Origin: Halomicronema sp. CCY15110
GTDB lineage: Bacteria; Cyanobacteriota; Cyanobacteriia; Phormidesmidales; Phormidesmidaceae
Reading direction: 5' to 3'
Length of the DNA stretch: 64,000 nucleotides
Assembly (NCBI RefSeq): GCF_016888165.1
Contig: NZ_JACSWC010000299.1
Span: 46,193 to 110,192 of the forward strand
Each line of letters opens with the position of its first letter. Position 1 is the first letter of the stretch. Positions 10,301-19,384 of the stretch are shown in pieces. The notes beneath the pieces are model-generated. The model was not told the DNA's origin, did not search any database, and saw only the letters and a program-made list of their open reading frames with translations. A program made the position numbers and the translations under genes.

Positions 10301-10503
10301 CCGCCAGCAGTGATGGCCGGGGCCTGATTTGGGAACGTGATGGCATTGAAGATATTGCCACCTCGCTAGCGAGTAGCTGTGACTGGCTAGCGGATTACCT
10401 CGCCCACAACCGCCAAGATGACCCGACGCTGCAGACGCTCTGCCAGGCACCAGAGGCCGATACAGCAGTCGGTACGGCGACAACCGTCACAGACACACCC
10501 TGA
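7321..10503 (+). CDS. Winged-helix + TIR domain + WD40-repeat protein
   Basis: TIR motif ANVFISYSRRNKEFVQEL...WVDWENIPVAVDWWQEIQLGIE...VFVLSPDSVSSKVCGQEIEEA. A hydrophobic segment near residue 330 follows. After it come more than 12 WD40 repeats (GH...WD patterns such as LEGHTGTVWQVAFSPD ... IRLWD). N-terminal HTH-like region SEQQSLVNWLLRHYEANAETIAQKINQPLPQVQSSLDNLIQQGLL. Confidence 0.8.
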   Translation: MPMPDDALDALLKGEPRKRQSRLPGLKVADILTMPSEQQSLVNWLLRHYEANAETIAQKINQPLPQVQSSLDNLIQQGLLKTINRQGATLYRVKLAPKSGRQMPTDVWQVLDQDTKQANVFISYSRRNKEFVQELHGALEATKREVWVDWENIPVAVDWWQEIQLGIELADTFVFVLSPDSVSSKVCGQEIEEALKHNKRLVPVICQDVQPDQVHPELARLNWIFLRAQDDFQQGFKNLLEALDQDLDYVRTHTRLLVRALEWDRNGQDGSYLLRGADLDRANHYLAQGKDQEPRPTALHHQYVIASGEVEAAVRDLELRRQKAAMAGQQRWLQLVTAISVLAVAMGITSWGLSRQAQSAQKRAEQAQLRALNQSAQALFLSDQRFDALLSATQAGQLFQSLEPEWQTPELRSQVLSALQQSLFWIQERNRLEGHTGTVWQVAFSPDEQKLASVSADGDIRLWGLDGQLLNVLECDGSPLLDVAFSADGDRLVAVDDDGSIHLWSSNGILQGTWQAHQQPTRAVAFAPSGTQIATASEDATVKVWSTEGDLVATLEGDIGGFQALLWTADDQIIAGDEQGNIYVWDATGVLISQFSSSSEALIALALSPDGATLAAVGDDRQVRLHNLADQSLIRTFPAHNGAIYNVQFTPDGEQLITVGDDKVIRLWQLDGTASANLVGHTGLIAALAISPDGLMIATSGGDHAIRLWDLQRDNLHLLLGHQDSVNSVAIAPTEDLIVTGGRDGTVRLWQESGTPLNTLTGHDRAVNAVAFSPDGELVASAGADGTVRLWQDVQSNTPTAQVLTGHVGAVNNVAFSPDGELVASVGEDHTLRLWRPDGRLVTTIEEAHRDGAFGVAFSPDGQQIVTSGWDHLAKIWPVADIDQAKPQILAGHQGWVLDAQFSPDGALIATASYDNSVRLWQASTGEPLTTLQGHRDGVLSVAFTPSGQNIVTASNDNSIRIWDLEGRTVSTLSGHTQGVNAVAVDPKEGYVVSASSDGRGLIWERDGIEDIATSLASSCDWLADYLAHNRQDDPTLQTLCQAPEADTAVGTATTVTDTP

Positions 10504-11140
10504 ACTCTGTCTGAGCGATCGCGCTGAACGGCTAAAAACCTGCCCTCAATCCTCATGATCACCGGTTCTCCCCTGGGCATGAGGGACGGGGGAAGCGAGG
10601 CGCGGGGCGATCTGGCCTGTTGCGATCGCCCCGCGCCGATCAAAATTGCGAAGAACTCAGCGCCAAAACCGGCCCAGGCATTTTTATGTCGTCGCGTTTT
10701 ATTGACTTATGTAACGAAGACTCATTTATTTGTGACCGACAACTCTCGAAAAACCCGAAAATCCACTGAAGCCAATACTTTTCGGGAGTGTTGCAAACTG
10801 TATCAAGCTTAACAACTCGTAAATTGTGTTGCCCCGAGAGCAGTGTATAAAATTCTGGAGGGCTTAATTCAGGAGCTGCAATGACTTGCAAATAACGCTC
10901 TCGGTTATAGCAAGCATTTAATTCCAAAGGACTGTCTCTCTTGTTACATCGATTTTTCTCCTCTTTGCTGCAAAGCAGTCTTTGTGTCAAAGGTTGAAGA
11001 AATGTCAAGAAAATAAGAGTCGACTGTTGCCTCTCTTTAAGATCCTCTCATATACGCTTTTAGGCAGCGTGAGCTGACTAACTGGCGATTCCAGTCAAGA
11101 AAGAACAAACCAAACTCATCTATTTAGGAGACTGAGTCTA

Positions 11141-11659
11141 ATGTTTGACGTTTATTCCAAGGTTGTTTCCCAAGCTGACGCTCGTGGCGACTTCCTGTCC
11201 ATGGATCAGATCGATGCGCTCCAGAAAACAGTTGCTGATGGCAACAAGCGTCTGGACTCCGTTAACCGGATCACCAGCAGCGCTTCCAAGATCGTCTCTG
11301 ATGCCGCTCGGGCTTTGTTTGCTGAGCAGCCTCAGTTGATCGCTCCTGGTGGCAACGCTTACACCAACCGCCGCATGGCTGCTTGCTTGCGCGACATGGA
11401 AATCATCTTGCGCTACATCACCTACGCGGTGTTCACCGGCGACTCTTCCGTGCTGAACGATCGCTGCTTGAATGGTTTGCGTGAGACCTACGTTGCTCTG
11501 GGTGTTCCCGGTGCTTCCGTTGCCGCTGGCGTTGAGAAGATGAAGGCTTCTGCCATTGCGATCGTGAACGATCCTGCGAACATCACCCAAGGTGATTGCT
11601 CCAGCCTCGTTTCCGAAATCGGCAGCTACTTCGACCTCGCTGCTGCTGCGGTTGCCTAG
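11141..11659 (+). CDS. cpcB: C-phycocyanin beta subunit
   Basis: [20 protein letters not shown]...[19 protein letters not shown] is canonical CpcB sequence. 172 aa. RBS aggag lies 8 nt upstream. Confidence 0.95.
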   Translation: MFDVYSKVVSQADARGDFLSMDQIDALQKTVADGNKRLDSVNRITSSASKIVSDAARALFAEQPQLIAPGGNAYTNRRMAACLRDMEIILRYITYAVFTGDSSVLNDRCLNGLRETYVALGVPGASVAAGVEKMKASAIAIVNDPANITQGDCSSLVSEIGSYFDLAAAAVA

Positions 11660-11743
11660 TCTTAGGCCGTTTTCTGTGCTTAGCGCACGACTTTTCTCAA
11701 ATTACCAAGACCAAACTTGTACATCTTTTAGGAGATAGTTCCA

Positions 11744-12232
11744 ATGAAAACTCCTCTGACTGAAGCAGTTGCTGCTGCTGATTCCCAGGGCCGCTTTTTG
11801 AGCAACACTGAAATGCAGTCTGCTTTTGGCCGCTTGGACAAAGCTGCTTCTGGTTTAGAAGCTGCTAAGACCTTGACTGCCAAGGCTGATTCCTTAGTTT
11901 CTGGTGCAGCTCAAGCGGTTTACAACAAATTCCCTTACACCACCCAAATGCAAGGCCCCAACTACGCTGCTGATCAGCGTGGTAAGGACAAGTGTGCTCG
12001 TGACATCGGCTACTACCTGCGCATGGTCACCTATTGCTGCATCTCTGGTGGTACTGGCCCCATGGATGAGTACCTCATCGCGGGTTTGGATGAAATCAAC
12101 AGCACGTTTGAATTGTCCCCCAGCTGGTACGTGGAAGCGCTCGGCAACATCAAGGCGAGCCACGGTTTGAGTGGTGACCCTGCTGTAATCGCTAACTCCT
12201 ACCTCGACTACGCAATCAACGCTCTCAGCTAG
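11744..12232 (+). CDS. cpcA: C-phycocyanin alpha subunit
   Basis: [20 protein letters not shown]...[16 protein letters not shown] is canonical CpcA. 162 aa. RBS aggag is present. Confidence 0.95.
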   Translation: MKTPLTEAVAAADSQGRFLSNTEMQSAFGRLDKAASGLEAAKTLTAKADSLVSGAAQAVYNKFPYTTQMQGPNYAADQRGKDKCARDIGYYLRMVTYCCISGGTGPMDEYLIAGLDEINSTFELSPSWYVEALGNIKASHGLSGDPAVIANSYLDYAINALS

Positions 12233-12337
12233 GTTGCCCTAAATTGCCCGGAGGGGCAGACAGTTGTTAGCGCATTGTTAGCAGTTGTTTGCCTGTCTGG
12301 GCATTGTTGTATCTGAATTGCCTAAGGAGAACGGCCA

Positions 12338-13162
12338 ATGGCAGTCACAACTGCGGCAGGACGTCTGGGAGTGTCTCCCTTTGAGGAGAACCAAAAGGTA
12401 GAGCTACGACAAAACTGGACGAAGACAACTGATATTGATGCAGTCATTTGGGCTGCGTATCGTCAGGTGTTTGGCAACCAGTACATCATGGCGAATGAGC
12501 GGCTCGTGAGTGCAGAATCGTTATTGCGACAGGGTGACATTTCAGTGCGCGACTTTGTGCGGGCATTGGCATTGTCTGATCTGTATCGCGAAAAGTTTTT
12601 TGCTTCGGGGCCGCAAAATCGCTTTATTGAGTTGAACTTTAAGCATTTGCTAGGGCGGGCACCCTACGGGCAGGATGAAATTCAGGCCCACGGGGCGATT
12701 TACCACAGTCAAGGCTATGAAGCAGAAATCAATTCTTACATTGATTCTGCCGAATATGCAGAAAACTTTGGTGAACACACTGTGCCCTCTAGCCGTGGCT
12801 ATTTGACTCAGCGGAGTCAAAAAACGGTTGGCTTCACTCGATTCTTTAAGTTGTATCGGGGATATGCGACGAGCGATCGCTCTCAACAAGCGGGAGTGCG
12901 GGCTCGTCTGGTACAAGAGATCGCCAGAAACTCTTCATCCCCCGTGTCAGACGGTAGCACAGGTGTTGCACTTGTGGGTACCGGCGGCGGCAGCCGAGAG
13001 AAGCTCTACCGTGTGCGCACGGCTCAAGCAGCGGCCCCTGGCCAACTGCCCCGAGTGCGTCGCAGCAATACCGAATATCTGGTGCCTTACGAGCAGCTGT
13101 CTCGTAAGCTCCAGCAAATCAACCGTGCCGGTGGTCGGGTAACAAGCGTTACCGAGGCTTAA
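12338..13162 (+). CDS. cpcC: Phycobilisome rod linker polypeptide (CpcC-type, PBS-linker domain + CpcD-like C-terminal domain)
   Basis: RQVFGNQYIMANERL...LIRALALSDLYREKFF PBS linker domain. C-terminal KLYRVRT...RVTSVTEA CpcD-like domain. Confidence 0.9.
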   Translation: MAVTTAAGRLGVSPFEENQKVELRQNWTKTTDIDAVIWAAYRQVFGNQYIMANERLVSAESLLRQGDISVRDFVRALALSDLYREKFFASGPQNRFIELNFKHLLGRAPYGQDEIQAHGAIYHSQGYEAEINSYIDSAEYAENFGEHTVPSSRGYLTQRSQKTVGFTRFFKLYRGYATSDRSQQAGVRARLVQEIARNSSSPVSDGSTGVALVGTGGGSREKLYRVRTAQAAAPGQLPRVRRSNTEYLVPYEQLSRKLQQINRAGGRVTSVTEA

Positions 13163-13267
13163 ACCAGCACTCAAATCGGCAAACTGCCTCGGCGGAGCCT
13201 GAGACTTTTTACGGAAAGGTCTTATCGCTCTTCCGGGTCAGTTTGCGTATCCTGTTGTTTATGGAGG

Positions 13268-14146
13268 ATGAATCCTATGCCGATTACTACGGCAGCATCC
13301 CGCTTGGGAACCGTTCCTTTTGAGGAAACGGGAAGGGTTGAATTACGCTCTAACTGGTCTGATGATGACGCCGAATTTGTCATCCGGGCAGTTTATCGTC
13401 ACTTGCTCGGCAATGACTATCTCATGAAGTCTGAGCGCCTAACCAGTGCTGAGTCATTGTTGCGCAATGGTTATATTTCGGTGCGCGAATTTGTGCGGGC
13501 CGTCGCTAAGTCTGACTTGTATAAAACCAAGTTTTTTCATAACAGCTTTCAAACGCGCGTGATTGAGCTGCAGTTTAAGCATTTGCTGGGCCGCGCTCCT
13601 TACAACGAGTTGGAAGTGATTGAGCACCTCGATCGCTATGAGAACGAAGGCTACGACGCCGATGTCGATTCCTTCATCGATAGCGAAGAATATGCGGCTA
13701 ACTTTGGCGAAAATGTGGTGCCCTATTACCGCAGCTTCGTCTATCAGGCGGGGCAGCAGAGCAAGGGCTTTACGCGCATGTTCCAGCTGTATCGTGGTTA
13801 CGCCACGAGCGATCGCGCCCAAATGGGTGGCGGTTTATCAAAGCTCGCCGAAGAGTTGGGCCGCAACCAATCCTCTTCGATCAAGCCGCCCAGTTCGGTC
13901 GGGTCTTCTACCACCCGTAAAGGCAGCGTTACCCCCAAGCAAGCCTTGGGCGGCACGACTCCCTTTGGCGGTCAAGATAGCAAAATGTATCGCGTCGAAG
14001 TTGTGGGCATGGCCGGGCCAGGGTATCCCCGCATCCGCCGCACCAACACAGCTTTCTTGGTGCCCTACGAGCAGCTCTCTAGCAAACTCCAGCAGATCAA
14101 CCGCATGGGGGGTCGGGTGTCGAGCGTGACCGCCGCTAGCCGGTAG
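13268..14146 (+). CDS. cpcC2: Phycobilisome rod linker polypeptide (second CpcC paralogue)
   Basis: Paralogous to the previous linker ([19 protein letters not shown]...[10 protein letters not shown]; C-term KMYRVEVVG...RVSSVTAA). Confidence 0.9.
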   Translation: MNPMPITTAASRLGTVPFEETGRVELRSNWSDDDAEFVIRAVYRHLLGNDYLMKSERLTSAESLLRNGYISVREFVRAVAKSDLYKTKFFHNSFQTRVIELQFKHLLGRAPYNELEVIEHLDRYENEGYDADVDSFIDSEEYAANFGENVVPYYRSFVYQAGQQSKGFTRMFQLYRGYATSDRAQMGGGLSKLAEELGRNQSSSIKPPSSVGSSTTRKGSVTPKQALGGTTPFGGQDSKMYRVEVVGMAGPGYPRIRRTNTAFLVPYEQLSSKLQQINRMGGRVSSVTAASR

Positions 14147-14160
14147 TTGATTGCCGGTTA

Positions 14161-14194
14161 CCCTGAAAATCAGGGTGGGCTATGTCCGCCCTGA
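14161..14194 (+). promoter_or_regulatory. Overlapping stem-loops (ccctgaAAAtcaggg and tcaggg-N13-ccctga) in the cpcC2-cpcD intercistronic spacer. Probable transcript-processing/attenuating structure of the cpc operon.
   Basis: Read directly from the sequence. cpc operons are known to produce segmented transcripts. Confidence 0.4.
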
Positions 14195-14297
14195 TTTGTG
14201 ACTTAATTCCACTGTTTAGTACTGAGAAGAACAGCTTGCAGCGAACTCCTTAACTTACAGTGGAGATGCTGTTTTATTGCGTAGGAGATATCTCGAC

Positions 14298-14534
14298 ATG
14301 ATGGGTCAACATGCCTTCGGGACTGCGACCGCTTCCCCATCTAAGGGGCGCATGTTTTTGTACGAAGTGACAGGCATGCGCCAAAATCAAGAAACTGACA
14401 AGAATGGCTATCCCATTCGTCAGAGCGGCAGCACTTTCATCAAAGTGCCCTACAGCCGCATGAACCAAGAGATGCAGCGCATCACTCGTATGGGTGGTGA
14501 AATTGTCAGCATCAAGCCATTAACTGGCGAATAG
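14298..14534 (+). CDS. cpcD: Phycobilisome rod-capping small linker CpcD
   Basis: MMGQHAF...RMFLYEVTGMRQNQETDK...RMGGEIVSIKPL CpcD-type domain. Start chosen at ATG 14298, preceded by RBS aggag. The track ORF start at 14277 is over-extended. Confidence 0.8.
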   Translation: MMGQHAFGTATASPSKGRMFLYEVTGMRQNQETDKNGYPIRQSGSTFIKVPYSRMNQEMQRITRMGGEIVSIKPLTGE

Positions 14535-14718
14535 GTAACGGTTGGTGACCTACACCAATCTTTACTAACTCACCCTTTGGGGTTCTCAATCTTATTTTTG
14601 AGACGCCATTATGGGGATCTAGGGAGCCGAAAAACCAGTGTACAAACACCGTTTTCTCGGATTCTTTGAATTCCATAAGGGCGTCTCTTTATTTTGTCTT
14701 TAACTGCCTTTTTCTCTG

Positions 14719-15537
14719 ATGACGGATATTGAAATCACAAGCGAATCGCTGACTAAAGAAGAGGCGATCGCCAACCTGCAGCAAACCGCTGACCCCAGCT
14801 TGCGATATTACGCAGCTTGGTGGCTCGGACGCTTTCGCGTCAGTGAGCCCATCGTGATTCAAGCATTAGAAGCCGCCCTCGAAGATACTGACAGTCGCTC
14901 GCCCGATGGGGGCTATCCGCTACGGCGCAACGCTGCCCGCGCCCTGGGTAAATTGGGTAACCCCCGTGTGGTGCCAGCCTTGACCCGTTGCCTCGGCAGC
15001 GACGATTATTATGTGCGCGAGGCGGCGGCCCAAGCCTTGGCCGAACTGGGCGACGTGCAATGTGCGCCGCAGCTATTAGCGCTACTAGCCGGGGGAATTG
15101 AAGTCGCGACTCAGGTGCCGGGCAAGCCGCATCTCACCCAACCGTATGCCGCCATCATTGAGGCGCTGGGCATGTTGCAGGTCACAGATGCTGTCTCTTT
15201 AATTGCACCTTTCGTTGAGCATGATTTTGCCACCGTCAAAAATGCGGCGGCCCGGGCCCTCTATCAACTCACCGGCAATACTCAGTATGCCGATCGTTTG
15301 ATCACGACGTTGCAAGGCCACAGCCTGCAATTACGCCGCTCGGCCCTGATGGATTTGGGGGCCATTGGCTATTTGCCCGCGGCGGAAGCGATCGCCGCCG
15401 CCCTGACGGAAAATAGCTTGAAACTGATTGCCATGAAGGGACTCATGGATAATCATCTACCCTCAGATCAGGCGACTCCGCCGGAGCTGACACCCCGCGC
15501 GATTGAAGTGATGCAGCTCATGGACGGATTGCTTTAA
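14719..15537 (+). CDS. cpcE: Phycocyanobilin lyase alpha subunit (HEAT-repeat)
   Basis: LRYYAAWWLGRFRVSEP...RRNAARALGKLGNPRVVPAL...VREAAAQALAELGD HEAT/E-Z repeats. Position after cpcD. Confidence 0.9.
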   Translation: MTDIEITSESLTKEEAIANLQQTADPSLRYYAAWWLGRFRVSEPIVIQALEAALEDTDSRSPDGGYPLRRNAARALGKLGNPRVVPALTRCLGSDDYYVREAAAQALAELGDVQCAPQLLALLAGGIEVATQVPGKPHLTQPYAAIIEALGMLQVTDAVSLIAPFVEHDFATVKNAAARALYQLTGNTQYADRLITTLQGHSLQLRRSALMDLGAIGYLPAAEAIAAALTENSLKLIAMKGLMDNHLPSDQATPPELTPRAIEVMQLMDGLL

Positions 15538-15651
15538 TTTGAGGTCTGCCGCCGCCGTCGGGGGAGCGCCTCCTGGCATATCCAGAAAATTCCAGATCGT
15601 TAACGGCTGCACCCTCAGCTCTACCCTTTCCATTCTCCACTCATCATCCCC

Positions 15652-16290
15652 ATGCTTGTGACCGATTCCGCGAACGTTCAATCTTTAATTGATGCTGTTG
15701 ACACGGCTGACTCTGCCACTGCATTGATTGGGGCGGTGCGATCGCTGGCGGCAGCCCAATCGCCAGCAGCCGTGACGACGCTGATCACTGTCCTCGGGTT
15801 CAATAATCCGGGGGCGGCAGTGGCGGCAGTGGATGGCTTAGTCGCCTTGGGTCAAGCTGCCGTTCCGGCTTTGCTAGAGCAGCTAGACGGGTATAACTAC
15901 GGAGCCAGAGCCTGGGCCATCCGAGCCTTGTCAATGATTGGTGATCCCCGTGCCCTTGACGTGTTGATCGAAACAGCGCGGGGGGATTTTGCCCTCAGTG
16001 TGCGGCGAGCTGCCGCTAAGGGGCTGGGCGGCATTGATTGGGACGGGTTACCCGATGAGCGTCGAATCCCGGCACAGACCTTAGCGATCGACACGTTGCT
16101 AGGTGCTTTGAACGATCCAGAATGGGTGGTGCGTTATGCCGCGATCGTGGGGCTCTCCGGTCTGCTAGCAGTGCGGCCTCAGCCGGATGCAGCGGTGGAG
16201 AATGTCAGAGACCGACTGGCTAGTTGCAGCCGTGACGATGCCGAAGTTGTGGTGCGGGCTCGTGCCCAAATGGCGTTGATGCCGCAGTGA
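15652..16290 (+). CDS. cpcF: Phycocyanobilin lyase beta subunit
   Basis: HEAT-repeat protein of 212 aa that follows cpcE (AWAIRALSMIGDPRALDVL...RAAAKGLGG). Confidence 0.85.
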   Translation: MLVTDSANVQSLIDAVDTADSATALIGAVRSLAAAQSPAAVTTLITVLGFNNPGAAVAAVDGLVALGQAAVPALLEQLDGYNYGARAWAIRALSMIGDPRALDVLIETARGDFALSVRRAAAKGLGGIDWDGLPDERRIPAQTLAIDTLLGALNDPEWVVRYAAIVGLSGLLAVRPQPDAAVENVRDRLASCSRDDAEVVVRARAQMALMPQ

Positions 16291-16300
16291 CGTGAGGCCA

Positions 16301-17497
16301 TCACCCCGGTGTGAGCAGGAGGTACTGCTGTCGTTGCAGCGATCGCACATCATCTAATGTGCAGTCTACCGTCGCCAAAATATCCTCGACCGTTTGTTGG
16401 CCAGCGGCTTTACCCGAGGCCACGAGAAACTCCCAGGGAGCTTGCTCCAGCGTCACCAGCTGGTAGTCCTGGTTGAAAAATTGGGGACTGTGTTGCCAAC
16501 TTTCCAAACAGGGGCTCGGCTCAGGAATGGCCTTCAGCAAGGTGGCGTCGTCTTGCCAAGTTTGTTTGAGTAACGGGGGCCGCGCCAAAAAGAATTCGTA
16601 GTGGGTGACATTACCGGGGTCGAGCAGTTCGATCAGCCGATACCGCTCGCGATCGCTCAATCCCTGCGCCCGTTCCATCAGCTCCGGGGCACTGCCGACC
16701 AGGCGACTCAGATCCCAGGCCTGGGGGTTCGACAAGCCCACAAACTCCAAGCCAGACGCATCAATCAGATCAAACACAGTATTGATGTTGTAGTCGATTT
16801 CCTGAGGATGAACGTACATATCGGCAAAGCATTCATCCCGCTGATTTTCCAACGACCACCGCTCTTGCTCCCGCTGGCGGAGGCGATTATTTTCCGGTAA
16901 GTTGGCGAAAATCTGGCGACCGATCGCCACCCCATCGGTATAGTCGCCTTGGCGATCGCCTTGCAGCAGCGCGATCGCCTCCTGCATTAGCTTGATCTCC
17001 CAGCGGCCCAACTCCCCATAGACAAATACATGGAGCAAACCACCGGGAGCCAGCTTTTTCGCTAATGCCTGAATGCCGCCGACGGGATCGGGCGTGTGGT
17101 GCAGCACCCCGACGCAGTTGATCAGGTCAAATTCTCCCGCTAGTTGCTCCGCATCAAACAAGCTCAGGTGATGGAACTCGGCCCGCGTGGCTCCCGATTT
17201 TTGGCAGCGTTCTTTCGCGACGGCTAGCGCTCCGGCACTCAGATCGATGCCCGTCACCGCCGCCTCGGGGTTGAGATGCACCAAATATTCCGTACCGACG
17301 CCCGTGCCGCAACCCGCATCCAGAATGCGCACGTCTTCGCGGGGCGGTTTTTGTCCGGTGCAAAACGCATAGGCCGTGAGCCAGTTCCAGCGCCAGTTGT
17401 AGCCGGGGGGCGGTTCGTCTAACAGCGGTTCTGGCGGGAAAGGGTAGGTGTCGTAGAGTTTGGCAACGGCGGCACTGATTTGCTGGGAGTCTGACAT
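16301..17497 (-). CDS. Class I SAM-dependent methyltransferase with C-terminal extension
   Basis: Motif I VRILDAGCGTGVGTEYL. Acidic post-I residue IDLS. Confidence 0.7.
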   Translation of the reverse strand: MSDSQQISAAVAKLYDTYPFPPEPLLDEPPPGYNWRWNWLTAYAFCTGQKPPREDVRILDAGCGTGVGTEYLVHLNPEAAVTGIDLSAGALAVAKERCQKSGATRAEFHHLSLFDAEQLAGEFDLINCVGVLHHTPDPVGGIQALAKKLAPGGLLHVFVYGELGRWEIKLMQEAIALLQGDRQGDYTDGVAIGRQIFANLPENNRLRQREQERWSLENQRDECFADMYVHPQEIDYNINTVFDLIDASGLEFVGLSNPQAWDLSRLVGSAPELMERAQGLSDRERYRLIELLDPGNVTHYEFFLARPPLLKQTWQDDATLLKAIPEPSPCLESWQHSPQFFNQDYQLVTLEQAPWEFLVASGKAAGQQTVEDILATVDCTLDDVRSLQRQQYLLLTPG

Positions 17498-18072
17498 GGA
17501 TTGGCAATTCCTGGTGACGTGGCCTGTGGCCTGGAAGGATGTCGCGGGTTTTCGCCCCGCTCGCCCGGCGTGGCAGCCCCTGACAAATTTATCAGACGGT
17601 GACGACTGATACCGTCAGTTTACAAAGCTTCAGGCGTTACTCTGGCGGGGGCAACTGCGGTTTCGCGCTGCCGGTTGGGAGCGGTGTCATTAACGGGGCT
17701 GGACGCGATCGCCCCCATCGACCGATTCGGGATAAGCAATCTCGGTATCACCTGCTGTAAGGCCAATGGTCACTTCTGCGATCATGCTGGACGATACGGC
17801 TACACTATTTTCGGACAATGCGGGAGTAGGCCGAACAGGAAGGTGATGTCGTGCGCATGCTCAAAGAACTCGACATTCTGCCCGAACAATTGCTGGCTGA
17901 GACCGCAGAGCTGGACGATAATATTCGTGCCTAGGCGAATAAATATCACGCAGCGGGCGGGCCATCGACGGTGCTGCAAATGACGATGAACTATTAAGAC
18001 GCGATCGCCAAGACTACTGATAGTTGATGATGGTCTTATCAGCTAGCTGGTCGCGCCTCATCTGATAGTCGG

Positions 18073-18648
18073 CTACTGCATCTGGTAAACGTTCCACTCT
18101 TGAATATTGAGCGGATTTAAAACGTTAGTAGCCTTTTCCACTTGTGTTTGAGTGCCTTCTAACATCAGCAAAAACTGACCATCGGTAACCCGATCTTGGT
18201 AGAGTTTGGCTTGTTTTTCCGGCACTCCCCAGCCGGCTAAGCCACCAATCAGGCCACCGCCCGCTGCGCCAGCAACCCCGCCGATGACTGCGGTGGCAAG
18301 GGCATTAGCAGCCACTGTGCCAAACAGCAAGACTTGACCAGCCCCAGGCAATAAAGCTAACGCCGTCGTCGCGACGCCTAACGCCTCTAGAGCCCCGAGC
18401 ACAGCCCCGCCCACTCCGCCGACTGCGGCCCCAGTGCGAGCGGCAGCACCTGACTTATTGCCAACTGTTTCTTGAACCTGAACGCCTGACATAGGGGCAT
18501 CGTTTTCTTGATCTTGCTTGGCTACGACAGACATTTGCTGTAGCGGAAAGCTATTGGCCTGTAAGGCGTCGATGGCAGCTTCTAACTGGGCTTTAGAGGC
18601 AAAAACGCCGACTGCATGTTGAATTGATTCGTGACCTTTCATGGGCAT
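18073..18648 (-). CDS. General stress protein (YflT-like N-domain + Gly-zipper membrane segment, DUF1269-like)
   Basis: N-term AVGVFASKAQLEAAIDALQANSFPLQQMSVVAKQ matches the YflT-type pattern. Central GAAVGGVGGAVLGALEALG glycine zipper. Confidence 0.55.
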   Translation of the reverse strand: MPMKGHESIQHAVGVFASKAQLEAAIDALQANSFPLQQMSVVAKQDQENDAPMSGVQVQETVGNKSGAAARTGAAVGGVGGAVLGALEALGVATTALALLPGAGQVLLFGTVAANALATAVIGGVAGAAGGGLIGGLAGWGVPEKQAKLYQDRVTDGQFLLMLEGTQTQVEKATNVLNPLNIQEWNVYQMQ

Positions 18649-18738
18649 TGATATATTTAATTCATCCTTTTCAATCTCATTGATTAGGTATTTTTCCGCA
18701 TCCCTCTAACAAAGGATTCTGAGCGATCGCGCCCGCAA

Positions 18739-19026
18739 CTATCGGGACGTCAGGCCTCCCGTTGCCGGTTCTGGCAGCCCAGGGACATCAATAATCACGT
18801 CTCGCAGCATCTGCATCTGCACCTGCTGCATCCCCGGAATGGCTTGGTTGCGATCGCGCAAATGTTCCGGTGCCCGCTGGAGCTGCACAAATACATCCGC
18901 AAAGCGGTACTGCTCGTCATAGCTCTGCTGGGTCAGTTTGAAAGAATCGTACGCACTCAGCATCGCCACCACCTGGCCCCGCAGACGCAGGAGGTCGCGG
19001 ATGAGCTTGCGATCGAGGGCGGTCAT
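18739..19026 (-). CDS. Hypothetical protein
   Basis: ORF only. No recognisable motif. Confidence 0.3.
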   Translation of the reverse strand: MTALDRKLIRDLLRLRGQVVAMLSAYDSFKLTQQSYDEQYRFADVFVQLQRAPEHLRDRNQAIPGMQQVQMQMLRDVIIDVPGLPEPATGGLTSR

Positions 19027-19384
19027 GGAGGCGTGGATGGAGATATGGGGCGGTGAGGGTGAGAATCGACGGGGCGATGGCGGAGGGAGAGGCAGTCATT
19101 TTTTCGTGTTAGGAACCTGGGGGGATGCTGATTGCCGGGATAAAAGAAATTCATCCCAGTCTCCGTTATGCGACGGCTGTTAGCCCCCGTGGAAAAGTCC
19201 CGATCAGCCCGATGATTAATCTCCTGAGAACTCGAAAAAACGCCTGATTTCTCGGCGCGACGGCAGCGCGCCAGGATGAGTGCAGGGGCCGGGAACTATG
19301 CTGAAAACCCTGGAGCCGCTTCCGGAATGCCCGGTGGCTGATTTGTAGACTGATACCTGAAGCAAACTGACGCTTTACCGTGCC

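Noticed and set aside
10640-11008. 122-aa minus ORF in the AT-rich region upstream of cpcB
   Set aside because: Lies in the expected promoter/5' UTR of the cpc operon. AT-rich, no motif. Probably non-coding.
17858-17935. 25-aa ORF MLKELDILPEQLLAETAELDDNIRA in a 570-bp intergenic gap
   Set aside because: Too short to support. Possibly a leader or a remnant.
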